NCBI GenBank assembly: GCA_051294375.1
Contig: CM119270.1
Span: 12,765,117 to 12,829,116, forward strand
Reading direction: 5' to 3'
Length of the DNA: 64,000 nt
Source: Paraspadella gotoi
Lineage: Eukaryota > Animalia > Chaetognatha
The notes beneath the pieces were generated by a model. It searched no databases, had not been told where the DNA came from, and saw nothing but the letters and a program-made list of their open reading frames with translations. Position numbers and translations under genes: made by a program. Positions 14,101-27,500 of the stretch are shown piece by piece. Positions within the stretch are counted from its first letter, which is position 1. Every line of letters begins with the position of its first letter.

Positions 14101-16470
14101 ATTAATGTCGAGCTCCCCCCCCAAAAAAAATGTATCTATCAAGATTTATTAATTCATATGCATCAACATTAACATGAGCTTCCACATCGTGACAATAATT
14201 TTTTCATTTAGCATTTGCCTAACTTAAAAATTGTCAGTTTATAAGCCATTCCCTGCTGATTGCAACTCACGTTGTTGAGGAAAGGCCCTGGATGCCATTT
14301 GTGAGGAGAGACGCAGTGAGCACAAACTTTATATCTTGCTCAATCACACATTTTCTACCCACACAACAAGCATTTGCATTCCAATACCATATATCTAATC
14401 ACAATCAATTTGTAGTTTAATGTACTACATGCTGGCGACCAGACTTAAAGCACTGCACTATTAATAAATTAATTAATTAATTTAATTTAATTAATATTTA
14501 TTTTTTATAGCCTGCAATTAAAAAAACCATCCTACTCTTTATTCAACATATTTAAAATTTCCATAGATAAAAAAAAAACCAATTAAGATTTAAAATTTTG
14601 CCTATGTGGGCTTAAAAAAGTGCCTGCGCCAAGTGCAAATGTGATGTGCTTTAATGCCGAAAAAACAAAACGTCAATTTACTTGAATTTCTATTAAAAAA
14701 TTTTCTCACTCTTTTCTTTCTTTCTCATTTCTCACAGATGCCAAATTCAATAATTAGCTAATTTGTCATAAGTTGCATTGCTTGATCCAAATCTATGCCC
14801 AAGCTATGATACCAAATTATCCTAATGTTGTGCCTAATTATGCAACGCAAGTTTACCAAATTATGCAAGCTTTTACAAATTATGGCAAGCCTTTTTATTT
14901 AAATTCTAAAGAGTTGAACCAAATTTATATCATTGAACCAAATTATATCATTTGACTAAATTATGCCAAGCTTTTACCAAATTATGCATATTGGTGTTGG
15001 CCGCAAGCTAATTGCGCTTTCAATTGCATGATTTAATTGAATTGCTGAAAAATATTATTTTTATTTTTATATTTCTCATTTTGAATAAAAGCAATGAAAA
15101 AAAGAAAAGCAGATAGAGACAAGAGAGAGAAGCACGCGAGCACGCAGAAAAAAGAGGACTGAGGGCCAGGAGACGAAATAGGCAGCGGAGAGCCAGACAG
15201 CCGTTCCAGGCGGCGCCCAGGCCCCAACATTCAGCCCCCGCGGGGTGGGCCCCCCAGGGGAAAGGTTTTTCTCAGCCCCTGGGGATTCCCCCTGGAGTGC
15301 CCCCCTTGCCCGCGGCCCAAAAAAGAGGCCCTACAGGGAGCCGCCCCTAGCGCTAGCTAAGGATTTGCTTGCTCCCCCCCGGCGCCGCCCCCGCGGGGCT
15401 CACCCCGCCGGAGCCGCACAGCAGCGCCCCGCCGCGAGGAGCCGCGATTCTGAAGCTGATGACATACTCTGGCTGATTGGCACGGCCCTTAACACCACCC
15501 ATAGCCCTGCCTCCAAAGTCCAGCGCCGGCCCAAGATTAGCCTTATTATTATAACATGAAATGCCTGATTAATTTATATGTTGCTTACCAATTTCATAAA
15601 ATTCAGCTCCTGTTGTATTTTGGATGCCTAGTGCGGAGCCTCTACAATAAGTTATTCCCCGACTTGCTACATACTTTAAGGGAGGTGGTCTTTTCATACA
15701 ATTGAAACATTCTTTGAAATACTTTTCCACTTCATTGATAGGCAAGCCCAGGCGCTACTCTGGGCACGCTGCAATTAAACGAGGGACTGCTGCAAAAGTC
15801 TTGCATTGAAAGCACTTGCAGGACCTGCTATCTCATCTATCTTGCTTAAGAGTTTGATGGCAGCCCCTTAACCCACCAAAGCCTAGTCCAAAGTCAGTCG
15901 GCAAGCCAATTAGCTTATTTATTAAAATGCAATGCGATAATTTTTTATATTGGCTTCCCTGTACCAATTCATATCCATTCCAATACATAATCCCGACGAG
16001 CCAAATTCCCCTCGTAATTCTTTTCCTCCTTTAAAAATTAAAATCGCAAAAATAAAACTCACCTCGTTCCCCTCACCCCCACCTTTAATTATTAATCACC
16101 CCGACCCCACCACCGACTCGCCCGTTCTCGCTTGCTGACCTTTTCCTTCCGAGAGGTTGCTTTATTCCCTATACCCATCCGCCGCCCCGCCTTCTTCATC
16201 TCCCCTTACTTTCTCCCATTTACACTCACCACCTAATCCCTGCATGCCCTTACCCCAACTCCCTTACCCCCCACGCCCCCCAGCCCCAAGCAATTCGCGC
16301 GAAGTACGCACAACCGTGGCACTTACAGCGCCGTCAAGCATCTTCGAGCTGGAGATCGTAAAAAAAAACGACCGCGCATCTGGCTGGGCGATACGCATTG
16401 ACGCACGATGCAACGACGACGATGACGACGACGGCATGGCATCAGACAGAAAAAGCATGCGACAATCTCT
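8130..16470 (-). repeat. Error-rich inverted copy of ~2385-6980
   Basis: Colinear reverse-complement matches: 8260-8340 vs 6800-6870; 11260-11400 vs 5080-5220; 15975-16370 vs 2450-2805. Dense single-base insertions throughout. Confidence 0.9.
14780..14992. repeat. ~21 bp degenerate minisatellite (ccaaattatg core)
   Basis: ccaaattat recurs at roughly regular spacing inside the 3 kb insert. Confidence 0.65.
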
Positions 16471-18360
16471 CTCCTTNNNNNNNNNNNNNNNNNNNNNNNN
16501 NTTTTGCTCTAACGATAGATATTAGCAAGTTTTAAATTAGTCATTTTTAAATCATTTTTCACTAGCGGTCTGTTTCAGTTTTGTTTCATTTGTTAATTTC
16601 CCTAACGTTCAGACAAATCTCTGACTTGCCTTTCAATCATTTCAAATCTTCTGTACCATCGCTTCGTACTCATTCATATCTTTGTTTTCTCTAGTTGTGC
16701 TTCTGTTTTCTCTAATTCTCTCGTTCGTCTCTCGTTCGCCTCCTTTTTTCCCCTCGACGTTTAGAGCCTTTTTTTTGGCGCCAAAGCTAAAATCCCGATG
16801 CCCTTTTGTTTTCACGAAAACGAGGTTTTTTCTCTCCTTCAAGTGAATGATGATATCGATCATCTCACCCGAAATGTTATCGTACTATTTCCCTCTGAAT
16901 TATTTTTTTTTTAAATGATTGGTCTATTTTTCTAAAGAATCCAGAATTGCCTTCTCAAAAATTTTGGTTGTTAAAAGTTCGTGAGTTGAATTATATAATT
17001 TTTTTTTTCACCGCCAGCTGTTTTGGTTTGTATCTCTGTTTCCAGCGCATGCCTCGGCGGATAATTTTCGATGAGGAATGCAAATCCGGTCCATTGCGTG
17101 CAAATGTCGCACCAATAACGTTGATGAAGTCATATCGATTTGGAATTGTTCTTCGCGATTCCGATTTTTCATTTCGACTCCATCCTTTCTCCTACATTTT
17201 ACGATTTCAAACGATTTTCCTTCTTTCACTTTAACTCAATTTATTTTTTGGGGGGTATTTATTTAAATCTCATATTCTAAGAATTCCGATAATTCCTAAA
17301 ACTAACGCGTAAATGTAAATTTTTTTCCTTCGAACTATAAAGTTTGTCTTAATTTCACAGTTTTTCGATTTCTGTCATTTCACTTCATTCGTTTCATTTC
17401 ACTTCTCTTTTTCTCCTTTTCCATTCGCCCGAAGGATTTTCCATCTCTCTCCCTTTTTTCTTCCTTCATTTTCTTTCATTTTCGTCTTCGTCTTTTCACT
17501 TGATTTTCTTCTTTTCTTTTTTTTTTGTTCTTTCTTTCTTATCATCCGTCGAACCCTGGAGCCAATCAGGACGCGACGAAGCGATCAATCACAAAATTCC
17601 CCACTGAATTCTCCGCCCAGAAGAAGAAGAAGAAAAAGAAGAAGAATAAAGTTTTTTTTTTAGGTGAAAGAAATAAAAAGAGACGTTGTTGTTGTTTTCA
17701 ATTTACGTTGTTGTCTTTTTTTTTTTTTATTCATGTTCCGAGTCGGAGGTCTCGAGTCTTTGACATTCCGACTTGTTTTTATTTGTACTGAAGATTATTA
17801 TCAAACGGATCAATTTGAATGCCTCATTCACATCGGTAATTATGTTAATCCTCTTTCATCATTACCAAAAATATCAATACATTTTTAAAACGAGTTAATT
17901 AAAAACGAATTTTTGTTCTTTAACTACTGAGCAACGTATAGAATTATTTGGAACCAATAAACTAACTTGAGGGGAAAAACTAATAAAAAGCAAAAAAAAG
18001 AGCAACGATAAAAAGAAAAACAAGAACAACAAAGGAAAGAAAAAGCAAAACATAAAAAAAAACAATTTTGTTCTTTCCTTTTTTTGCTGAGAAGAAAAGG
18101 TTTCATATTTTATTACTTCTGAGATCTAAATCTCCCAACCGTCCCAAATCTTCTCTGTTTCTTGTTCGTATTGTATTTATTTATTTATTTAACTTGTACT
18201 TCATCATTCGTCGGAATTATAATTTTTATAATTTTTAAGTGCTGTTTTTCATACTTTTTTTCTATTTTATGATATTTTTTTCATATATTGTAAGTTACTT
18301 TATATGTCATATTAAAAAAATGGCCGATTCTTGGAATCACGCGAATTCAGGACTCAGACA

Positions 18361-18487
<127 letters not shown>

Positions 18488-19706
18488 GCGTTTCCTTCCT
18501 TTGTTGCGACGCTTTCTCGAATAATGGTTGTCAAATTTCTCCGCTCAAAGAAATATCCTTGCTTCTACTCGAAGAAGTTTTCTTCTCTGCCTTTATCTCT
18601 TTATCTCTTTCCATTATCCAATTTTCATTTGATGGAGTTCATTTAATTGTTTCCCTTTTTTTTAGTCGCCGTCATTGTCGCCGTTATCGTCGTCCTTCCC
18701 CTTTTTTTTCCTAATCTCTTTTTTTTTCGTATTTTCCCGCGTTTTTCGACGTCGAGAGATTTCCCGCCAAAGAGACGCCGCGTTTCTTCCTTTATTATTA
18801 TTGTTGTTTTTTTTCTGTCGATAAAGGATTTTTTTGCTGTCGTCGTTGTTGTTGCAGTTTTATCCGATTCTCGTTTGGTAATAGGAACGTTACTCTCTCA
18901 TTCAAATAATGAGCAATACAATTGACGAACCTGTAAATTTATTGTACCCTAACCCTAACCCAGTTTAGGTTAGTATGAGTATTCGAAATTTATAAAACAA
19001 ATAAACCAATTGAAGGCAATTTTTTTTGGTTTCTAATAAAAATTCAGTTTTGGTCTTGAGATTTCGGCGACATTTGGGTAATACTTAAAAAAAGAAAATC
19101 TGAATAATATCGAAATACTAATTTTTAAAAAAATGAAAACAACTTTTCTTCATCTTCTCCTTCTCATCGCGTCTCCAAAAAAAAGGGTCCATTTCAAATT
19201 CCGACTTGAGGGCATTTAGTCGCGGGAGGCCTCGCGAAGCCCTGACGGATCTCTCCCTCTCATCTTTCAAACGTGCCAGCATTCTAATTAAAAATTTAAC
19301 CACGGCCACGGGAAAAAAAAAGTATATTCCCCGGGCTAGATTTCATTTTTTAAAAAAAATAATCTCTTTAGCAAAAGCGATACGTCTGAAGATTTAAAAA
19401 GGGAAAAGAAGTAATTTGTCGTCTTCAAAAAATCGTCTGCTATTTCGCTCCGCTCGCGATTTTTTGTTTAGAATTTCATTAAACCACGCAATTTGTCAGA
19501 AAGGAATTTTTTTTTTTAAATTTTTCACTGCGAGGCAACCCTAATTCGTTTCGACTGTTTCTCATTTTTGATAGGTAGGGCCAGAACTGGTGATTCTTTC
19601 ACGAATCACGACCGCACTAATACGTTTCAATTTTTCTCCATTCGATCCACCCTAATTTGCTTTCGTTTGAGACGACAATCTGAGGGAAGATTGTCATATT
19701 CAATCG

Positions 19707-19737
<31 letters not shown>

Positions 19738-21217
19738 TCTCTCATCTCTCATCTCTGCTCTCATCTCATCTTCTTCTCTTCTGTCTCCATCTGTAAGTTT
19801 TTGCAACATAAAAAGAAGCAATTTCTTTGACAATTTTCGCGACAATGGTCGAACCCTCTCTGCCCGCGCTTTGTATCGCCGAATTCCGTTTTTCAAACAT
19901 CATCAATAGATCTTAGTATCAATACCGTCAGTCCTCTCTCTCTCCTACGTCATCTCCTCCTCTCATTCATTCTCTCTCTCTCGTCTCGTCAGCTCTCATC
20001 TCTCCGATCTCTCTCTCTCTCAAATATTAAGGATTTTTCTCTCATCCGTATTATCTTCGCCAGGCCGTTCGCGGCTGATTTCTTTATGCAAATGAGATCT
20101 AAGGTACGCATATAGAGAGAATCCGACCAGAGGTCTCGCTGGGGATAAAAGTGATTAAGAGAAGAAGAGTAAACATGTCTCTTCTCTTTCTTCTTCCACT
20201 TTCTATCCCGGTCTCTTTCTATGTTTCTCTCTATCCTTTTTCTCTTTCTCTTCCCTTTCTAAATTTATATCCATCTGTATACCTTTTAATCTGTTTCTAT
20301 CTATCTCTCTCTCTCTCTTTTTTCTTTCAATCTGTATCTCCAAAAACTAAAATCTCCTCCATCCCTTCCTTCCTTTCTTCTTTCCTTCCTTCCTTCTCTC
20401 CCTTCCCCGTTTTCTCCTCTTCCTTCATTAAACTCGTTCCCCTCCTTCCACTCCCATTCCATATCCATCCCTAAATAATCAATATACAGTACGAATCCTC
20501 CATAACGAGATTTTCTCTCCGGCCTCTAAATTCACCGGTTATATTTCCCTTTTTCTATTTTTTTCCCGCGTTTATCCCGTCAATGTTTGCTTCTCCTCCC
20601 GCTTTCGCCGTTAAGTGCGTCGCTCGCCGTAAATCGACCTTTTTACCAATTTGTTTGCGTAGCGATAATAAATGTTTTTTTTTCTTATTCCTTTGGGTTA
20701 GTCTTTTTTTTTTTAGGCCGTCCGAGTGAGTTTCGGCTAATTAAACATGAATTTTTGATTAAAAGCCTTTTTTTTAGATTATTAACCTTAATTAGCACAT
20801 TCTCTTTCAAAATAGTCTGCAAAAGAAGCTGCTCTTTTTTTCCGGTCCCATCCTCGGTCAGCTTCCAACGTCAAAAGGAAAAAAAAAACGATTCCTCTGA
20901 ATATAAATATAATTAATCAAAACAAACTTGTTGCTTAAAATCGTCATCTAGAGAACTCGCCACGCCCTCACCTTTCACCCTCAATTACCTCACCCCCCCT
21001 CCCTCATCGCCACACCTCTCTCTCTTCCTCATGCCTCCTCGTCGCGGTCCTTCCTCCCCTCCCCCTCGCCCTCCCCCGCTCTCCTCTCCTTCTTCTCCTC
21101 GAACTCACCTTATTTTCTCTCCCCTTTCCTCCCGCCCTTCGCCTCTCTACCACCACCACCGCCACCGCCACCACCGCCTCCTCCTCCTCTTCCTCCTCGG
21201 CCTCTTCGCCTCCGCAG

Positions 21218-21346
21218 CCGTGGACCCTGCCGCGTCGGCCTGCGTCGACGGAGAGTTCCGGTGCGGCGACGGCGGCTGCATCGACGAGACGCGGCGCTGC
21301 GACGCCTACGCCGACTGCGTGGACGGGACCGACGAGGTTGACTGTG
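21218..21346 (+). CDS. Exon encoding an LDL-receptor class A repeat (perlecan/trol-like gene)
   Basis: cgcag|...|gtgagt, 129 nt, phase 1-1. Peptide AVDPAASACVDGEFRCGDGGCIDETRRCDAYADCVDGTDEVDC has 6 Cys and the DCxDGxDE motif. Confidence 0.92.
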
Positions 21347-21577
21347 GTGAGTTTGTGGGCGAGAGTGGGGGAGATTGTGGGGAGAGAGGGGGGGAGATTG
21401 TGGGCGGCAAAAGCGAGGGAAATTTGGGAGGTGGTATTGAGATTCGAAAAAATAAAAAATATGACAACCAAACAAAATACTTTGCTAATTCGCTCCTTGT
21501 CTTTCTATATCAATTAAATTTTATTAAAACATCTCCAACTATTCGACTGTTTAGACTCAACTGTCCAACAATGTTTA

Positions 21578-21693
<116 letters not shown>

Positions 21694-23813
21694 CCTCCCA
21701 TTACAAACATCACTTTTTCACTCTTGTTTGTGACTTTATATTTATCGAACGATTCTCAGATTTTATTAATATTTATCGTCTGACTCGAAAAAGTTTTAAT
21801 TCAATTTTTTCGTCCAAAGAAAACAACGTCAAGTTTTTCCTTCATCGTCTGATCGAGTTACAGATTTTTCAAGCCTTTTTTTTACATTTTCCTTGTCATC
21901 TATTTTCGACACTTTTCCTTGACATTCTCTCTCTCTCTCTCTTTCTCTCNNNNNNNNNNNNNNNNNNNNNNNNNNNNNNNNNNNNNNNNNNNNNNNNNNN
22001 NNNNNNNNNNNNNNNNNNNNNNNNNNNNNNNNNNNNNNNNNNNNNNNNNNNNNNNNNNNNNNNNNNNNNNNNNNNNNNNNNNNNNNNNNNNNNNNNNNNN
22101 NNNNNNNNNNNNNNNNNNNNNNNNNNNNNNNNNNNNNNNNNNNNNNNNNNNNNNNNNNNNNNNNNNNNNNNNNNNNNNNNNNNNNNNNNNNNNNNNNNNN
22201 NNNNNNNNNNNNNNNNNNNNNNNNNNNNNNNNNNNNNNNNNNNNNNNNNNNNNNNNNNNNNNNNNNNNNNNNNNNNNNNNNNNNNNNNNNNNNNNNNNNN
22301 NNNNNNNNNNNNNNNNNNNNNNNNNNNNNNNNNNNNNNNNNNNNNNNNNNNNNNNNNNNNNNNNNNNNNNNNNNNNNNNNNNNNNNNNNNNNNNNNNNNN
22401 NNNNNNNNNNNNNNNNNNNNNGAGCGGGTAAGGGGACTGAACCCAACTTCACCGACAAAACTTGTGGAGCGTCTTTCCCTTTCCTTGAATTTTTTTTTCT
22501 TCTGAATTTTTTTAAGTCTTTTTTTTTCTCTTTTGTTAGTTTATTGTTTTTTTTTCTTTTGTTTGTGTATTTATTTTTTCCGTTTCCTTTTTCCGTTTTT
22601 CTTCTCTCGAGACTCGGGTCGAATTCAAAGGAGAGAAAACTTCGATCAATCATAAACAAACACATTTTTTCCCCTAAAAACTGAAAAAAAAATAAAATTT
22701 TGAAACAATTTTTTGGACAAAATTCTCTTCCGCTCTTCAACTTTCATTCTTTTTTTTCTTTCTTTTTTTGAGATCGAAAATAATAAGAAATTGAAAGATG
22801 AAGTAAAAATATAATAATTTTTCATACAGAGTCAATAAGTGAATTTAGTTCACGACAAAACTAACTATCAATTTCGTCTTTGATCTCACGAATTTCAAAC
22901 GTCATCTTTTTTCTTTCACATCAAGAATCAAATTTTTTTTTTTTGCTGATTCTGAGATTTTCTTAAGAAGAAAAACCAAAATGGTTTTTCTTTTCTTCCT
23001 AATTAAAATATCCCCCGAGATAATTAACAAAAAGAAAGCATTTTATTCCTTTAAATCGATGTTTTTCTCTCACACTCGTTAACAACCATTCGAGCGCCGC
23101 AACCCTTCACGAGAGCGCCTTCTCATAATCCATCACGCTCGTGCACACGAACGAGATTCGCGTGCAACGGCAATTTCCTGCGTGCGACGACGACCTTTTT
23201 CTCACGTTCTCGTCCGTGCGCACGCGATCGCGATCCGTCTCGCACTCTCGGGGCGACCTCGACCGTTATCACTCTCTCTCTCTCTCTCNNNNNNNNNNNN
23301 NNNNNNNNNNNNNNNNNNNNNNNNNNNNNNNNNNNNNNNNNNNNNNNNNNNNNNNNNNNNNNNNNNNNNNNNNNNNNNNNNNNNNNNNNNNNNNNNNNNN
23401 NNNNNNNNNNNNNNNNNNNNNNNNNNNNNNNNNNNNNNNNNNNNNNNNNNNNNNNNNNNNNNNNTTTTCCTCGAACCGTAATCAAAATCCATCGACCTCT
23501 CGAAAACCTGCCCCTCCCTCTCACCCTTTGAGATCCCAGTCATTTCCAAGTTCACCTGGAAACTCACCTCTGCCTCACCTCCGCTGCCCTCATCACCACT
23601 CGGTCCCTTTTCCTCACCAAATCCTCACGATGGCTTCCCTCTCGGCCGCCTCACCCAAACTATTCACGCACTCACTTGTCCAGAGCCCGAAATCTATCTC
23701 TCTCTCTCACCGCCGCCTCACGTCATCTCACGTCTCAAATCTTTATCCTCACTTTTCATTTTCGCCTAAGTTTCATACGGATTCCTTTAACTCTCGCTTA
23801 CATACGGACTTCT

Positions 23814-23998
23814 TGAATGAATGAATAAATGTAATAATGAATGAATGAATGAATTAATGAATGTATGAATGAATTAATGAATGTATGGATAAATTAATGA
23901 ATGAATGAATGAATGAATGAATGTATGAATGAATTAATGAATGAATTAATGAATGTATGGATGAATGAATGAATGAATGATTAAATTTATGAATGAAT
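23814..23998. repeat. (GAAT)n microsatellite
   Basis: Direct reading. Confidence 0.9.
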
Positions 23999-24394
23999 CA
24001 AACAAGGAATCTCTCATCCAATCAATCACTCAATCACTGCACCAATGGCATGTTTTACATCAGTATGCAGGAGTGCCCCTCACATTTTTTACAATGTTTT
24101 TCTCGGGGGGAGAAGGGTGGAGTCTGTTTTTATTTCGCTTGGCTTAGTTTATTCGTTTTGGTTTGTTTGATTCGATCTGTTTGTTTCGTTTTAAGAGATC
24201 GCTTGTGCGGAGATCCGTGACATTGCCCCCCCCTCTTTGTCCTCACTCCTCACTCCAAACTCGCCCACGCAACACTTCACAGTTCACCCCTTGCCCTAAC
24301 ATCTCTCTCTCATTCACGCGCCCTCACATCTCGATCTCACCTCACCGGGTCTCTCCCAACCCACGTGCCAGCTCAAACCCTTCCCTCCCACTAG

Positions 24395-24541
24395 AGGGCG
24401 GTTCGGGAGCGAATCGAACGGATCGACCTTTGAGCATCGATGGCAGCGCCAGGTCGCATTTTCGCCCACGACCACGTCAACGCCCACAACGGCACAACCA
24501 CAGACATATAGGAGATAGGCGGACGGAGGAAGGAGCAGGGG
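24395..24541 (+). CDS. Candidate low-complexity linker exon of the same gene
   Basis: Pyrimidine tract + ctag| acceptor, |gtaaac donor, 147 nt, open and phase 1-1 (EGGSGANRTDRPLSIDGSARSHFRPRPRQRPQRHNHRHIGDRRTEEGAG). No recognisable domain. Confidence 0.35.
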
Positions 24542-27500
24542 GTAAACCTGCAGGTCTTTTTGAAAAATCAGGCAGCGTGAGACGCATCCACTCGAGTTTT
24601 CAACGCTGAATTTTTGAAGTGAATCTTTTAACTGATGTTTAACGAATTTCTTCAGGTCGAGGTTCAAGGCTGTGACTCAGACTGACCCGCACTAACTCAG
24701 CTTAATCCAATCGTTCAGTTAATTCGGTACTGATTTCAGGAATAGTCTTCTTACAATCTTTGGTGATGGCTAGAGTTGTCTCTTCTAATAGCTGTCTCCC
24801 ATCGCTCTCTCCCTTTTCTCAACATCGTATTTACGCTCGTCCGCAATTTCGTTTTCTCTTTTTTTTTTTCTTTCTTCGAAAAACGAACACGGTTTTTTTT
24901 TTTTCCCAGAGTCATTCGCCACCTTCAACCTCATTTCTTTCCTTTCCTCCCCCGCCTCTTTCCTCTTTCCTCTTTCCTTTCATCCTCCACCATCTACCCT
25001 TTTTCTTTCCTTTTTTTTTCCCTCTCCCTACTTTCCCACATATTATTCTCATTTTTCAAGCCTTTTATTTCCAATCTTTATATATATATACGCGCGTAAG
25101 CCGTCAAACCCATCCGCCCCNNNNNNNNNNNNNNNNNNNNNNNNNAAATCCGGCCCCCCTCCGACCCCCTCCGCCCCCCTCCACCCCCTTCGCCCTTTAA
25201 TCGCAAAAATTAATGGGAAAGTACCACCTCACGTACGGAAAAGAGAGAAGGAGAGAATGGAATTTTGGCCTCATTCGCACGTCATTCAATCAAACAGTCA
25301 GTCAGGTCAATCCACTTATCATCCTTTCAATCATATCAAGTCCATCCATCGTCTGATAAGGTGATTCAATACAATAAACGATGTGGGTAAAATTATTTTT
25401 ATGAATTGAGTCTATTGTCTCTTTCAGCTATTTCATCTCAGATATGAAAACATCACCTTTTAATTAACCTTCGCCCTTTGCTTGGCGCGTCCCCCGGTCG
25501 TCTCCAGCAGTTCGTCGACTTCGGCAGAAGATGCGAAGTTGGACGCGGCACGAAATCATACCGACGCCAAAGTGGAGAATTCATCTCATGAAGTTCTCAC
25601 TTCTTCCTAAGGTTCTGGACCGAAGATTTGATTGATTGATTGGGTTCACAAGGTGATTGCTTAATGGATTACGAATTATTAGAGGTTATGAATGTAGACG
25701 TTGGTAGAAGAGTGGTCTGACTCTGTTTGTGTGAAATCAGGAATAGTATGGCATTGCTTTTATGAAATTAATATATCTAGTAACCGAGCATGACTAGTAA
25801 TGTGCAGTGGGCGTGCAATCGATTCGGAGCATTATAGCTTATGATTAGACTCAGAGATGTTTCTAATTCGACTTGACTTTTCAATCTCTGGCTTCACATG
25901 TTCAGTATCACATAATCGATTGCGAGTTGAACGTAGTGAAAGCATGTTGGACAGGGATTTTGATTTGATGTGTGCGTATTTCCATTCTTTCGATTCGCTC
26001 CTCGTTTCGCATTCTAGTAATACGGTTCCTACAATGTCGAATCTCGACAAGATATTGTGAATGTCCAGACACTCCAACAGCAGTACCTGCGGGCATTGGG
26101 TTGGCGGCTCTAAACAGAAATTCCCATTCACGAGATCTCTGTGCAACTTAATTTTTCAATGAAGAATTCCATCGAGTTTGCGCGGGTAACAGTCGCGAAG
26201 CGAACGAACCTCGCTCGATTCTTAAACCAGTGGCTCAAGAACATCTCCTGCACCAGGTTAGATGGAGGGGTGGAGGGAAGGGTAGTGGTCGAGCTGAAAT
26301 TGGGGTGGCCGTTGGGTTAGCCCAGACGGTGAAGGCCGGGGAGTTACGCGCGTGCGATATGGTGATGAGCTGGAGCATGAGACAGTGGAGACGGGCAGTG
26401 CAAGACTAAAAAGGACACGAGTGACAAAAGCTCATGCTCTAATATCAAGTTCATATTAGAGAGCCTCGTTAATACATTTACGTGTGACGAATGTCTCCTC
26501 AAAATCAAATACATATATGGATACCCACAGATCATACTCCTCCTGGATCGAATCTCATGGCCCAAATTCAAGTTAAATATTAACCAATCATTATTTGAGG
26601 ATCTCCCAAAATAGTAAGAATAACAGAACCGAATCAACGTGATGGTGACAAAGGCAATGCGCAAAACAACTCGAAAGATAAGAAAGACAGGCAGAACCAA
26701 TCAAAACGTGGACAGAATCTCTCCAATTCGAAAGATAGACGCTAGGAGCGCAAATTTAGAATTCAGGGTTCCACATCGTCAAGCGTTCTACTTCACGCTG
26801 TGTCGCGGCCGACGCGGGCCGGCCAATCAACGCGGACGGCGATGGAAATGCCTCGAGGACCAAAGCGAACCCGGCGTACATCTATGTAGAAGTTCGGTTT
26901 ACCGGCCGGGGAGAATGATGGCGGGTGAGAGGGAATAGAAATGGATAAGCTATCTAAATATCCATCTAATCCATCCTGGACTCGTTCTCTCTCGAAACAA
27001 AGAGCCATGGTCTGAGACTCGAGCGGCGATTAATATCCATGAATGAATCGCAGAGAGACATATATTATTAAAGAAAACATTCGTCTGATAGCTATTCGAC
27101 TGTGTTGTTGCTCGATTTCGATAAATTTTGACGCGTTATCCCGATCGACGTGGAAGTGTACGTCTAGTTACTGACAATAAAATTTCATTAAAATCGGTCC
27201 AGCGCGTTTCAGAGAGAGTTATGTGGCAAAAAACGACGAAAAAACTAGCGCTCCGAGGCGCAATCAACTTTCGCCGCCTCAACGAGCGAAAAATGAAGAA
27301 TGTTAACATAAGATCTTGAACTACGTAACTAATCATAGTTAGTCGACCGAATCGACTGATAAAGCCAAAATCCTCGTTCCGCGGCGCGAGAATTAGAAAT
27401 AAACGGCAAAATTAGCGAGCTGAGTGACGGGAGAAGAAAATGTGCGTATAGGAAACAAATTCCATAAAGAATAAGAGTGAGTATGGAATTAACTGATAAA

